Part shown: positions 17,736 through 26,545 of the stretch, piece by piece
How the letters are laid out: each line of letters opens with the position of its first letter
Position numbering within the stretch: the stretch's first letter is position 1
Source of the DNA: Chloroflexota bacterium
GTDB taxonomy: Bacteria > Chloroflexota > Dehalococcoidia > Lucifugimonadales > JACPCL1
NCBI GenBank assembly: GCA_016179765.1
Contig: JACPCL010000036.1
Coordinates: 13,916 to 77,915, forward strand
Direction of reading: 5' to 3'
DNA: 64,000 bases
Notes under the pieces: model-generated
Databases searched by the model: none
Told to the model about the DNA's origin: nothing
What the model saw: the letters and a program-made list of their open reading frames with translations, nothing else
Translations under genes and position numbers: made by a program

Positions 17736-18761
17736 CTAGGGTACCATTGGTGTGGGAGAGGGGAATGGAGTCTCCGCCTCATGGGGAGAAGTCTTGGTAT
17801 GCAGGTGCAAGGCCGCATGGAAGAGTATGGCTGCCAGAGGCGGTGAGCCTTTCGGAGAGGTTGCTGCGGCTGCCAACACATGCACAAAGGCGGGGTCCAG
17901 AACCACCTTGTTGTGCTCCGGGAGCAGCACAACCGGGCAAGAGCCCATATCATGAGTGTGACTGAGATCTAGCCAAAGCTGTTGATGGTACACGACTCCC
18001 TCCAGGTTGTTTTGAATCTTTGATTCCTCCTGAAGGTAGAGCAGTGCCTGAAAAATGGCAGAAAAATCCTCCAGATAACCGCTCACAACCACGTACCCGC
18101 GGCCCTGTTGGTCTTTGGATACGTCCTTAGCAACATCTTCAAGGACGCTGGTGTAGAATCTCTGAGCCGTGTCCCCGTGATAGACGACAGAGCTGATCCC
18201 ACCCGAGAAACGTGCCGCAGGGCACTGGTCTACGTTGAGAGCATTCCAATCAGGCTCGCTTGGAAGAGCGCGCTCGCCTTGGGAGGGATGAGAGGCCACG
18301 TCGGGGATGTCCTCCATTCGCCTGATAGTATGTAACGCCTTACATTCAGGACGTTCCCCTTTGAATGGTGAAACAGAGTACCACTCTCCTACTCGTATCT
18401 TCTCCTCTTGAATACACACGTTCAGCGGCAGACGATAGGGAAGTATGACATCGCGCAACGGGTCTGGAGAGGGGGCCACCGACAACCAGATGTTAACTCG
18501 CCTCCACAGGTCAACAATCAGGCTTGATGGCACACCCCCCAGCGGCGTCGGCGTTGGTGAGGGCGCAGGCGCCGTAGTAGTGGTTGGTGTTGCTGCAGGG
18601 ACTACAAAAGGCGTATAGGTAGGATAGGGTGTGTATGTTGGATAAGGCGTGTGCGTGGGATAAGGAGTGTACGTGGGGTAGGGAGTTGGCGTCGCACCCT
18701 GGCAAGCGGTCACGAACGGTACTAAGAACAGGAGCGCAAACGCTAAGAGACATTGTGCCAC
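17736..18761 (-). CDS. lipoprotein with (T/Y)P(T/Y)-rich tandem repeats, unknown C-terminal domain
   Basis: Lipobox-like signal LLFLVPFVTAC, then TPTPYPTYTPYPTHTPYPTYTPYPTYTPF and a Thr/Pro linker. Lower-GC islet. Confidence 0.6.
   Translation of the reverse strand: MAQCLLAFALLFLVPFVTACQGATPTPYPTYTPYPTHTPYPTYTPYPTYTPFVVPAATPTTTTAPAPSPTPTPLGGVPSSLIVDLWRRVNIWLSVAPSPDPLRDVILPYRLPLNVCIQEEKIRVGEWYSVSPFKGERPECKALHTIRRMEDIPDVASHPSQGERALPSEPDWNALNVDQCPAARFSGGISSVVYHGDTAQRFYTSVLEDVAKDVSKDQQGRGYVVVSGYLEDFSAIFQALLYLQEESKIQNNLEGVVYHQQLWLDLSHTHDMGSCPVVLLPEHNKVVLDPAFVHVLAAAATSPKGSPPLAAILFHAALHLHTKTSPHEAETPFPSPTPMVP
18605..18692. repeat. imperfect 18-bp tandem repeats encoding YPTxTP units
   Basis: About five imperfect 18-nt units on the coding strand of 17736..18761. 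Confidence 0.6.
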
Positions 18762-18937
18762 GGTGTACCCAAGGTCGGAAGCAACGGTAACAGTAGGCCG
18801 TCAGGGATCCCCGCAGGCCTACCATTACTGCCATTATACCTTAGTATGGGTTCTCAAGGTTTTCGAAATGGTATGCTACTGCAGCGGCATACTGGGCGTT
18901 TGGATAGTTAGAGTCATGCTCATACGCCGGCTGTAGT

Positions 18938-19441
18938 TTACTTACTGGTAGGCAACTCCCAGCGCCCCATGATTGCCCCATCTATCTGTTCACCTGTTTG
19001 TGCATCATAGACAACAACCAGTTGGTTCACCGGACGTTCCCCTCTCATGAGCCGGTCAGCGCCTTGTGGGCCTCCTGAGGCACCACCAATGGGCAAGTTG
19101 TCTACGACTACGACCCACACCTCACGGCCTGCCAACGACTCGCCAGTACGCTCGTGCTTGCCCGAATACAGGGCGACCGTTGCTTGCACCTGGAAGGCAT
19201 TCGGATCCACCGTTTCAAAGAAACTAGGTAGCTTTTCACGCACCCGGGCAATGACTTGCGCTCTGGAGACCGCTGGGACAAACGATGCGGGCGCGATCTG
19301 GCTGTTTGCGGGATCAAAAATCGCGCCGATCTCCTTCGTGGTTTCGTTTCGGGGCCCGCTGGGGACGGTAAATGCCAGCATCAAGAGGCCAACCGCTACA
19401 GACCCTAGGAAGGTCAAACCGAGCATCATCCGTGTTGTCAT
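18938..19441 (-). CDS. membrane-anchored protein with PepSY-like domain
   Basis: ATG 19441 (GAAGAGGA upstream) preferred over 19489. TM helix MLGLTFLGSVAVGLLMLAF. ISRAQVIARVRE...VVVYDAQTGEQIDGAIMG fits the PepSY pattern. Confidence 0.5.
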   Translation of the reverse strand: MTTRMMLGLTFLGSVAVGLLMLAFTVPSGPRNETTKEIGAIFDPANSQIAPASFVPAVSRAQVIARVREKLPSFFETVDPNAFQVQATVALYSGKHERTGESLAGREVWVVVVDNLPIGGASGGPQGADRLMRGERPVNQLVVVYDAQTGEQIDGAIMGRWELPTSK

Positions 19442-19508
19442 ATGATGTCCTCTTCTACTGGGTTCACATGGCTGGGTTCTGCGCGACATCCAATGGTTAC
19501 GCTACGTT

Positions 19509-20276
19509 CTATTCAGAGCACCGGGTGTCCCAAATTCGGAATCCTTGGTAGATGAGTTCAACGTCACCGTGCCCTTCCTTGTAGTTGCTCATGGAGGCTG
19601 ACTGCCAACTGTAGGAAGAATCGCGGTACATAACGTTGTCTCCGTGGATCTTATTCGTTGTATCTCCCGGGACATGGTCGCCTTTGTTGGGCGTGTCATA
19701 GTTCAAGGTTTCGCCAAAACTCTGCCACTTGGTCGGAGTCCAGGTTATCGAAACATTCCTGGTAGTTCCGCCATCGTACTGCATTTGGGCCTGGTTGTAC
19801 TCTCCTTGAAGGGGAACAAACATCGTGCTGTACTCTTTGGAACTAGGAGGCTCTGTGTGCGGCGTATCCTGCCAAAGAGCTGTGCTCGTGTTGTACCACT
19901 TGGTTTCCCAATTGCCTCCGCCATTCCAGGAATATTGGCTCCAGACGTACTCCTTGGCTCCGGTTATTCCATCGTACTCCCACCACCCGGTCTGAGCGTA
20001 GTTGCTGCCATCGGTCAGCATTACCCAGAAGCCTGTCGCTTTGTATACGGGGGCCGGATTGTAATTCCAGAGATTTGCCCTTATGCCGGTGATTCCCGAA
20101 ACTGAGTACTGGGCTCCGACCATTTTGTAGACGATTTCGCTGCCCTCGGGCACGGTACATTCCGCAAAGGCGACCGATGGCCTCAGAAATCCTGGCGTCA
20201 ACAGCAATACCAAGGCCATTGCCACGATCGTGCCAACAATCGCTGTCACCCGCGCGGCGAGTTTCACGTTGCTCAT
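19509..20276 (-). CDS. secreted Trp/Tyr-rich hypothetical protein
   Basis: Signal or TM segment AIVGTIVAMALVLLLTP, then an aromatic-rich beta-type sequence. FWVMLTDGSNYAQTGWW weakly recalls the WVGxDG...QTG motif of peptidase G1 (speculative). Confidence 0.5.
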   Translation of the reverse strand: MSNVKLAARVTAIVGTIVAMALVLLLTPGFLRPSVAFAECTVPEGSEIVYKMVGAQYSVSGITGIRANLWNYNPAPVYKATGFWVMLTDGSNYAQTGWWEYDGITGAKEYVWSQYSWNGGGNWETKWYNTSTALWQDTPHTEPPSSKEYSTMFVPLQGEYNQAQMQYDGGTTRNVSITWTPTKWQSFGETLNYDTPNKGDHVPGDTTNKIHGDNVMYRDSSYSWQSASMSNYKEGHGDVELIYQGFRIWDTRCSE

Positions 20277-20335
20277 CCCTCCTGGCTCCTTTTGAGATCG
20301 TTGCTTATAGGAATATGGGACATTTCTCCAAAACT

Positions 20336-20716
20336 CTACCGCCCCCAGCGTAATCTGTAAACCCTACAAATGTAGGGATGCCCGAATGATGCAATCGCAC
20401 TAATGATTGCCGGCGGCTTTATTGCCCCCCCCGGCACCTTCGCCGCCAGCTCCGTCCGGTTGTACACGCCGTACTTCTCCAGCAGCCTGCTTACGTACTC
20501 CCGCACCGTGTTCGGGCTGAGGTACAGCCTCTCCGCAATCTCCCTGTTGGTGCGGCCATCCCCAAGCAGGCTCAAGACCTGCCCTTCCTGAGCGGTCAGC
20601 CGTGGGCCGTCTCCCGGGTTACGGGTTTGCACATCACACCTCCCCCTTTGGCCTGCCTCTCTGCCCTCCGTGGCCACGCTACCATTGCCACGCCCGCCCA
20701 TCATCCGTAGAAACAT
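20336..20716 (-). CDS. LuxR-family HTH regulator (stand-alone DNA-binding domain)
   Basis: LTAQEGQVLSLLGDGRTNREIAERLYLSPNTVREYVSRLLEKYGV. Start codon uncertain (20716 or 20704). Confidence 0.7.
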   Translation of the reverse strand: MFLRMMGGRGNGSVATEGREAGQRGRCDVQTRNPGDGPRLTAQEGQVLSLLGDGRTNREIAERLYLSPNTVREYVSRLLEKYGVYNRTELAAKVPGGAIKPPAIISAIASFGHPYICRVYRLRWGR

Positions 20717-20730
20717 GGGACCACGTACGT

Positions 20731-20773
20731 CTCCTCCCCCTTCCTTCCTAGGGAAGGGGGTAGGGGGTTAGGT
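20731..20773. repeat. Rep-A palindromic repeat
   Basis: CTCCTCCCCCTTCCTTCCTAGGGAAGGGGGTAGGGGGTTAGGT. Confidence 0.75.
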
Positions 20774-21073
20774 CTGCCATCCACCCCTTCCCCAACCCCC
20801 TCCCTCGGCGGTACCCTTACGCCGTATGCACACCTCTGTCCACACCCATGCGCTCCACCGCCGGCGCAGCCACGGAAGAATCGTTTCTCCGAAAAATAAA
20901 AACGAATCCCCAAGCTCAGGCCAAGCTAAAAGCATCCCCTCCAGAGAAGAAAAACAAATCGCCAGGCACTCCCTCCCTCTCCCTTGCACTCCGATGCCAG
21001 AGTGGGCACAATAGAGCCTGAGCGCCTTGTCCCTTTTGCCGATGCGGCGCCGCCGGATGCTGAGGAGCCGCCC

Positions 21074-22027
21074 ATGAAATTCGGCCTGTGGGTCACCGCC
21101 AACTTCCCGCCCCGCTACACCCCGGCCCAGTGGTTCGCCGGCCTCGCCGAGCAGGTGCGCGCCGCCAAGCAGAACGGATTTAGCCTCATCAGCAGCGGCC
21201 AGCACTACCTCACCGCGCCCGACCACCGGCTCCAGACCCTCCCCCTGCTGGCCCGCCTCTCCGCCGAGGGGGAGGGCATGGAGGTAGCCACCTCCGTCCT
21301 GCTGCTGCCCCTGCACAACCCGGTGGACATCGCCGAGCAGGCGGCTACGATGGACGTGGTCACCGGCGGCAGGTTCATCCTGGGCCTTGGCATGGGCCAC
21401 GAGGGCGTGGAGTACGAGGCCTTTGGCGTGGACAGGCGGCGCATCGTCTCCCGCTACGAGGAGTCGCTGGACGTCATCGTGAAGCTCTGGGGCGGCGGCC
21501 CTGTAGAGCACAAAGGCCGCTATTTCACCATCCCCAGGACCGAGTCCATGGTACGCTCCACGGCTCAGCCGCACCCCCGCGTCTGGCTGGGCGGCGGCGC
21601 CGATGCCCCTATCCAGCGGGCGGCCCGCTACGGCTTTGCCTGGTTCCCCGGCGGCGGCGACGTGGAGCGCACCGCCCAGGGCCGCGCCACCTACCTGCGG
21701 GCACTGGCCGAGTACAACAGACCCGTGCCGCCGGACTTCCCCGTCAGCTCGTGGGTCTATCTGTGTGAAAGCGAGCAGCAGGCCCTGGAGGAGGCCCACC
21801 GGTTCATGGGGGGCCGCGCCACGCCCGAAGAGTTTCGCCGCCGCGCCGCTACCCAGATGATCGTTGGCACGCCTGCGCAAGCGGTGCGGCGGGTGAAGGA
21901 GATGCAAGAGCGCCTGGGGGCTAACTACCTGTTGTGCAGGGTGCAGGCCCCAGGCATGAGCCAGGCCCAGGTGCTGCGTACCCTCCGTCTGCTGGGGGAA
22001 GAGGTCATCCTGAAGTTCCCGGCGTAG
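21074..22027 (+). CDS. LLM-class flavin-dependent oxidoreductase (luciferase-like)
   Basis: ATG 21074 after GAGGAG. MKFGLWVT...QHYL...LGLGMGHEGVEYEAFG is typical of luciferase-like monooxygenases. Confidence 0.85.
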   Translation: MKFGLWVTANFPPRYTPAQWFAGLAEQVRAAKQNGFSLISSGQHYLTAPDHRLQTLPLLARLSAEGEGMEVATSVLLLPLHNPVDIAEQAATMDVVTGGRFILGLGMGHEGVEYEAFGVDRRRIVSRYEESLDVIVKLWGGGPVEHKGRYFTIPRTESMVRSTAQPHPRVWLGGGADAPIQRAARYGFAWFPGGGDVERTAQGRATYLRALAEYNRPVPPDFPVSSWVYLCESEQQALEEAHRFMGGRATPEEFRRRAATQMIVGTPAQAVRRVKEMQERLGANYLLCRVQAPGMSQAQVLRTLRLLGEEVILKFPA

Positions 22028-22065
22028 GCCGCTTCTGCTGCCGAGGTCACCCCCAGCCCCTTTGA

Positions 22066-22113
22066 CGGTCCGCCTGTGGCGGATGGGGGTGTTTTTCAGC
22101 AGCCCGCTCCTAG
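22066..22113. repeat. Rep-B partial copy (hairpin module plus terminus X)
   Basis: GGTCCGCCTGTGGCGGATGGGGGTGTTTTTCAGCAGCCCGCTCCTAG. Confidence 0.7.
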
Positions 22114-22214
22114 GGCCTGGGACGTAGAAAGGCCCGAGGAGCCTTCGCCCCTCGGGCCTTGGATCGTCAGGCGGCATCGCCGGTTGGATTTGGATAGTGT
22201 TGCCGCCCAGGCTG

Positions 22215-22240
22215 TTCCGTCCTTCATTTGAAGGACGGAA
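22215..22240. terminator. hairpin between convergent LLM gene and ftsZ
   Basis: TTCCGTCCTTCA-tt-TGAAGGACGGAA, 12-bp perfect stem. Confidence 0.55.
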
Positions 22241-22281
22241 TGGTTGGTGGGGATGACAGATGCATGATGGCCGCCCCTGGC

Positions 22282-23397
22282 CTATCTCCGGTCGCGGCGC
22301 TTCATGGCGGTGTTGCGACGCAAGAAGAGTGGGACATCCAGCTCCTCCTCTCTGGGCTCGCCCCTAACTCCCGCCAGGTCCAGGTGGGATAGGATGAGAT
22401 CGTCGTCCGGGACGGTGGCCGCTACCGCCGGGAAGCCGGTGGCGATGATGGTCACCCGCACCTCGTCCTCCAGGGTGGGGTCTTTGCTCATGCCAAAGAT
22501 GATGGTGGCGTCGGGGTCGGCCACGCTCTCCACCATCTGCGCCGCCTGGTGCACCTCTTGCAGCGTCAGGTCACTGCCCCCGGAGATGCTGAGGAGGATG
22601 CCCTTGGCGCCGTTGATCTGAACGTCCATAAGTGGGCTTTCAATGGCTGCGCGGGTGGCTTCGGTGGCGCGGTTCTCGCCAGAAGCGACGCCCAGGGCCA
22701 TCCAGGCGGTGCCCGCTCCGCTCACCACGGCCTTTACATCAGCGAAGTCCAGGTTGATTTCCCCGGTCTCGGTCACCAGCAGGGCAATGGCCATGACGCC
22801 CTGGCGCAGCACGTCGTCGGCCATCTTGAAAGCATCTTCAGTCGTAACATTAGCGTCGGCCAGCTCCAGGAGGCGTTCGTTCGGGATGACCAAGACGGAG
22901 TCCGCCTTCTCCTTCATGTGCTGGATGCCGTCCTCGGCCTGTTTGTGGCGCTTGTGCCCCTCAAACTTGAAGGGCTTGGTCACGACGCCAATGGTCAGGG
23001 CGCCCGTCTCCTTGGCGATCTCGGTGAGCACCGGGGCCGCCCCCGTGCCTGTTCCGCCCCCCATGCCCGCCGCAACGAACACCATATCTGCGCCCCGCAG
23101 CAACTCGTACAGCTCGTCCCGGTCCTCCTCCGCGGCCTCCCGCCCCAGGTCTGGCTGGCCGCCCACACCTAGGCCGCGGGTCAGCTTTGTGCCGATGGGC
23201 ATCTTGTGAGGCACCACCAGCGTCATCAAGTGCTGGGCATCGGTGTTGATGCAGATGTAGTCTACTCCCGGGATGGGCGAAGCCTGGTACATGCGGTTCA
23301 CGGCGTTGCAACCCCCGCCGCCAACGCCAATCACCTTGATCACCGTCTTGCCATTGGGAGCGGACCTGTTTTCCTGGTCATTCATAGCTGTTGCCAC
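22282..23397 (-). CDS. ftsZ: cell division protein FtsZ
   Basis: GVGGGGCNAV and AAGMGGGTGTGAAPV tubulin signature. Confidence 0.95.
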   Translation of the reverse strand: MATAMNDQENRSAPNGKTVIKVIGVGGGGCNAVNRMYQASPIPGVDYICINTDAQHLMTLVVPHKMPIGTKLTRGLGVGGQPDLGREAAEEDRDELYELLRGADMVFVAAGMGGGTGTGAAPVLTEIAKETGALTIGVVTKPFKFEGHKRHKQAEDGIQHMKEKADSVLVIPNERLLELADANVTTEDAFKMADDVLRQGVMAIALLVTETGEINLDFADVKAVVSGAGTAWMALGVASGENRATEATRAAIESPLMDVQINGAKGILLSISGGSDLTLQEVHQAAQMVESVADPDATIIFGMSKDPTLEDEVRVTIIATGFPAVAATVPDDDLILSHLDLAGVRGEPREEELDVPLFLRRNTAMKRRDRR

Positions 23398-23644
23398 CTT
23401 CTCCTTCTACTTGGTGTATGCCTTCGGCGCGCCCATCCACTGGGCGAGCCATTCTTGCCCTCGCCTGCCTTTGTTGAACGTAGCACCCTTGCTCTCATAC
23501 GCTATCCACCTGCTGCTCAGCGGCAGGTTTGTTTCACCTCCTCTAAAGAGTCTGCCGTCAGGTGGCATCACCCCCGGCTGGCCTGCTTGACACTCCAATC
23601 TCTTATGCTGAACGAGACGCTCAGGTAATCCAGGCGTCCCCCCC

Positions 23645-24643
23645 TCAAAGGGCGGCGCAGGCCCGCAGCCGTGCGCTGCGCACCCGGGGGTTGCGGGCAA
23701 CCTCTTCCGCAGAGGGCATTACCACTTTCCTGGTAAGCACCTTCACCGTTGCTTTGTGGCCGCAGACGCACGGGACCTGCTCCGGCGGGCAGATACAGTC
23801 CCTGGCCTCTTGGCGCATGAACCTCTTGACCTTGGCGTCCTCCAGGGAGTGGTATGCGATGACCACCAGCCGCCCACCCCTTTTCAGCACCCCGATAGCC
23901 CCCTGGAGGGCGGCCTGGAGGTTCTCCAGGTCACTATTGACCCACATGCGTAATGCTAAGAAGGTGCGAGTGGCAGGGCTGATGCGCCGCCCACGGCGGG
24001 GGACCACCCCTTCCACCGCCTGGGCAAGCTCCAGTGCGGTGGCAATGGGCCTGCGGCGGAGGATGGCCTGGGCGATGCGACGGGCCTGAGGTTCCTCTCC
24101 ATAGGTGAACAGGATGTGCGACAGCTCCTCCTGGCTATAGGTGTTCACCACCTCCGCGGCGGTGAAAGGCTGGGATGCGCTGAGGCGCATGTCCAGGGGG
24201 GCTTCGTCGCTGAAGCTAAACCCCCGGCGGGCCTCAGACAGTTGCCAGGAGGAGAGGCCCAAATCAAGAAGGACGCCCGGCACCGGCGCAAACCCGTGGG
24301 TCCGGACAACGGTGGCCAGGTTGGCAAAGTTGTCGTTCACCAGGACAACTCTGTCCGTGAATGGTTGAAGACGCTGCCGTGCCCGTTCCAAAGCTGCACC
24401 ATCCGCATCCAACGCAAGGAGCCGACCGTTAGGGGAAGTTGCCTCCAGGATAGCCATTGAGTGGCCACCGTCCCCCAGGGTGCCGTCCACGCACCGGTCC
24501 CCTGGGTGAAGGTCCAGGAAGGCCAGGGCCTCCTTCATGAGAGCGGGTGAGTGGTATGGCGGTAGGGGGGTGTGCTGGTACATCAGGCAGGTCTTCTGCC
24601 GATGGGCAACTCCTGGGTTTTCCAGTAAATAATCTAAGCTCAC
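23645..24643 (-). CDS. rsmH: 16S rRNA (cytosine1402-N4)-methyltransferase RsmH
   Basis: VDGTLGDGGHS, LLDLGLSSWQL and SLEDAKVKRF motifs. True start may be ATG 24583. Confidence 0.9.
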   Translation of the reverse strand: MSLDYLLENPGVAHRQKTCLMYQHTPLPPYHSPALMKEALAFLDLHPGDRCVDGTLGDGGHSMAILEATSPNGRLLALDADGAALERARQRLQPFTDRVVLVNDNFANLATVVRTHGFAPVPGVLLDLGLSSWQLSEARRGFSFSDEAPLDMRLSASQPFTAAEVVNTYSQEELSHILFTYGEEPQARRIAQAILRRRPIATALELAQAVEGVVPRRGRRISPATRTFLALRMWVNSDLENLQAALQGAIGVLKRGGRLVVIAYHSLEDAKVKRFMRQEARDCICPPEQVPCVCGHKATVKVLTRKVVMPSAEEVARNPRVRSARLRACAAL

Positions 24644-24979
24644 CTGATAATGGGGCGATTATAAACAGACCTGCCATAGCCGTCAAGGGGTTAAGCGGGG
24701 CAATTTTAGATGATATAGTTGAAATTACTAACTACTTTAGTAAAGAAACACAAGTTCTAAAAGTAACTTCCAGTCAAAAGAACAGCGGGCCTGTTGAAAT
24801 TGGAACGTTTGTGTTATCACTTTGCATCATGCCTCTTCCTGTCCATGTTGCAAATTCCACAAGAACCATATTTAACCCCTTATCTAGTTGTTATTGTGCA
24901 ACGTCACCCTATACATACGTTTGTTTTTATGCGCTTGTGTGAAATACTCTCACCCCCACTGTGCTATCATGATCCCACT

Positions 24980-25468
24980 ATGCCCACCCTCGGCATCCTC
25001 ACCTGCAGCGACCTGGGCTCCAGGGGCCTCCGCCAGGACACCAGCGGCCAACGCATCCGGGAGTTGCTTACCCCCGCTGGCTTCCAGGTGGCACGCTACG
25101 AAGTGGTGCCCGACGAGCGCCCTATTCTTGAGGACCGCCTGCGCCGCTGGTGCGACCTGGACAGGCTGGACCTCATCGTCACCACCGGCGGCACCGGCAT
25201 CACCGACCGCGACGTGACCCCTGAGGCGACCCGCGCCGTCATTGACCGGGAGATCCCCGGCATGGCCGAGGCCATGCGCATCCAGACGCTCGCGAACACC
25301 CCCATGGCTATGATCAGCCGCGCCGTGGTGGGTACCCGGGGCCGCACCCTCATCATCAACCTGCCCGGCAGCACCAGGGCCGTCCAGGAATGCCTGGAGG
25401 TGGTCCTCCCGGCTATCCCCCACGCCCTGGACATGCTCAAAGCCCAACCTCCAGCCCACGGGGCATGA
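24980..25468 (+). CDS. MogA/MoaB-family molybdenum cofactor biosynthesis protein
   Basis: ATG 24980 within track ORF 24794..25468. LIVTTGGTGITDRDVTPEAT and INLPGSTRAV motifs. Confidence 0.8.
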   Translation: MPTLGILTCSDLGSRGLRQDTSGQRIRELLTPAGFQVARYEVVPDERPILEDRLRRWCDLDRLDLIVTTGGTGITDRDVTPEATRAVIDREIPGMAEAMRIQTLANTPMAMISRAVVGTRGRTLIINLPGSTRAVQECLEVVLPAIPHALDMLKAQPPAHGA

Positions 25469-25635
25469 GATGTTCCGAATACCACGGGGTGCCCCTTTCC
25501 TCCAACGGGATGTGTAAGGCTGTGGGTTGCGGCTGAACCGCAACCCACAGCCACTTACCTCGTCTGAAATCTGTAACAGTCCCAGAAGCCATGCCCCCTT
25601 TTGCCCCGAAGGCCGGAGTGGGGTAGACTTGGGAC

Positions 25636-26361
25636 ATGAGGATTGACGTGTTCACCCTGTTTCCGGGGATGTTCGGGGGTGTGCTTGGGGAAAGCATCAT
25701 TGGCCGGGCCATGGCCCATGACAGGCTGGAGGTGCGGCTGCACAACTTCCGGGAGCACGCTACGGACCGGCACCACACGGTGGACGACTACCCTTACGGT
25801 GGCGGCCCCGGCATGGTGCTCAAGCCAGAGTCGCTGTTCACCGCGGTGGAGGCAGCCCTGGGCACTCCGCCCTCCTGCCCGGTCATCCTGCTCACCCCCC
25901 AGGGCAAGCCCTTCCAGCAAAAGGATGCGGAGCGCCTGGCCCAGTTCCCGGCCTTTGCCCTGCTGTGCGGCCACTACGGCGGCGTGGACGAGCGCATTCG
26001 GCAGCATCTGGCCACCGAGGAGCTGAGCATCGGCGACTACGTGCTGACGGGGGGCGAGCTGGCCGCCATGGTCGTTATGGACGCCGTGGCCCGGCTGATC
26101 CCCGGCGTGCTGGGGTCTGAGGAGTCCCCTGCGTCAGACTCCCACACCACTGGTCTGCTGCAGTATCCCTTGTACACCCGGCCGCCGGAGTTCCGGGGCT
26201 GGAGTGTGCCAGAGGTGCTGCTTTCCGGTAACCACCAGGCCATCGCCCGCTGGCGGCGGCGGCAGGCCCTCCTGCGCACCCGAGAAAAGCGCCCAGACCT
26301 CCTGGTTAAGGCGGACCTGACCGAAGAGGACAGGCGCTTCCTTAACGAGCAGGAGCCTTAG
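25636..26361 (+). CDS. trmD: tRNA (guanine37-N1)-methyltransferase
   Basis: [29 protein letters not shown] and [13 protein letters not shown] motifs. Confidence 0.95.
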   Translation: MRIDVFTLFPGMFGGVLGESIIGRAMAHDRLEVRLHNFREHATDRHHTVDDYPYGGGPGMVLKPESLFTAVEAALGTPPSCPVILLTPQGKPFQQKDAERLAQFPAFALLCGHYGGVDERIRQHLATEELSIGDYVLTGGELAAMVVMDAVARLIPGVLGSEESPASDSHTTGLLQYPLYTRPPEFRGWSVPEVLLSGNHQAIARWRRRQALLRTREKRPDLLVKADLTEEDRRFLNEQEP

Positions 26362-26442
26362 CAGGCTGCTGAAAAACACCCCCAAACCCCCGACAGAGAG
26401 GCTTCGCCCCTCTGGACTCCCCTTTCTTCCGCGGCCTATTAG
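26357..26442. repeat. Rep-B short copy (terminus X + hairpin + terminus Y)
   Basis: CTTAGCAGGCTGCTGAAAAACACCCCCAAACCCCC..AGAGAGGCTTCGCCCCTCTGGACTCCCCTTTCTTCCGCGGCCTATTAG. Its first bases contain the trmD stop TAG (26359-26361). Confidence 0.85.
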
Positions 26443-26488
26443 ATTCTTCGGTCGTCCACCTTTGGCGGACTCCCTCGGAATGATAACC

Positions 26489-26538
26489 CGTGAGCATCAA
26501 AAAGCCTGGGCAGTTGCCCAGGCTTTTTGATGCTCACG
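26489..26538. terminator. bidirectional terminator hairpin
   Basis: 24-bp perfect stem CGTGAGCATCAAAAAGCCTGGGCA-gt-TGCCCAGGCTTTTTGATGCTCACG, between convergent trmD and glnA. Confidence 0.75.
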
Positions 26539-26545
26539 TCATCCC

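Noticed and set aside
20768-22177. 469-aa ORF on the minus strand
   Set aside because: Antisense to the LLM oxidoreductase and running through repeat sequence. No motifs.
23407-23700. 97-aa minus-strand ORF in the rsmH-ftsZ spacer (possible small division protein)
   Set aside because: Its first half overlaps the rsmH 3' end in another frame. It has no credible RBS or start, and no TM or coiled-coil character expected for FtsL/SepF-like proteins.
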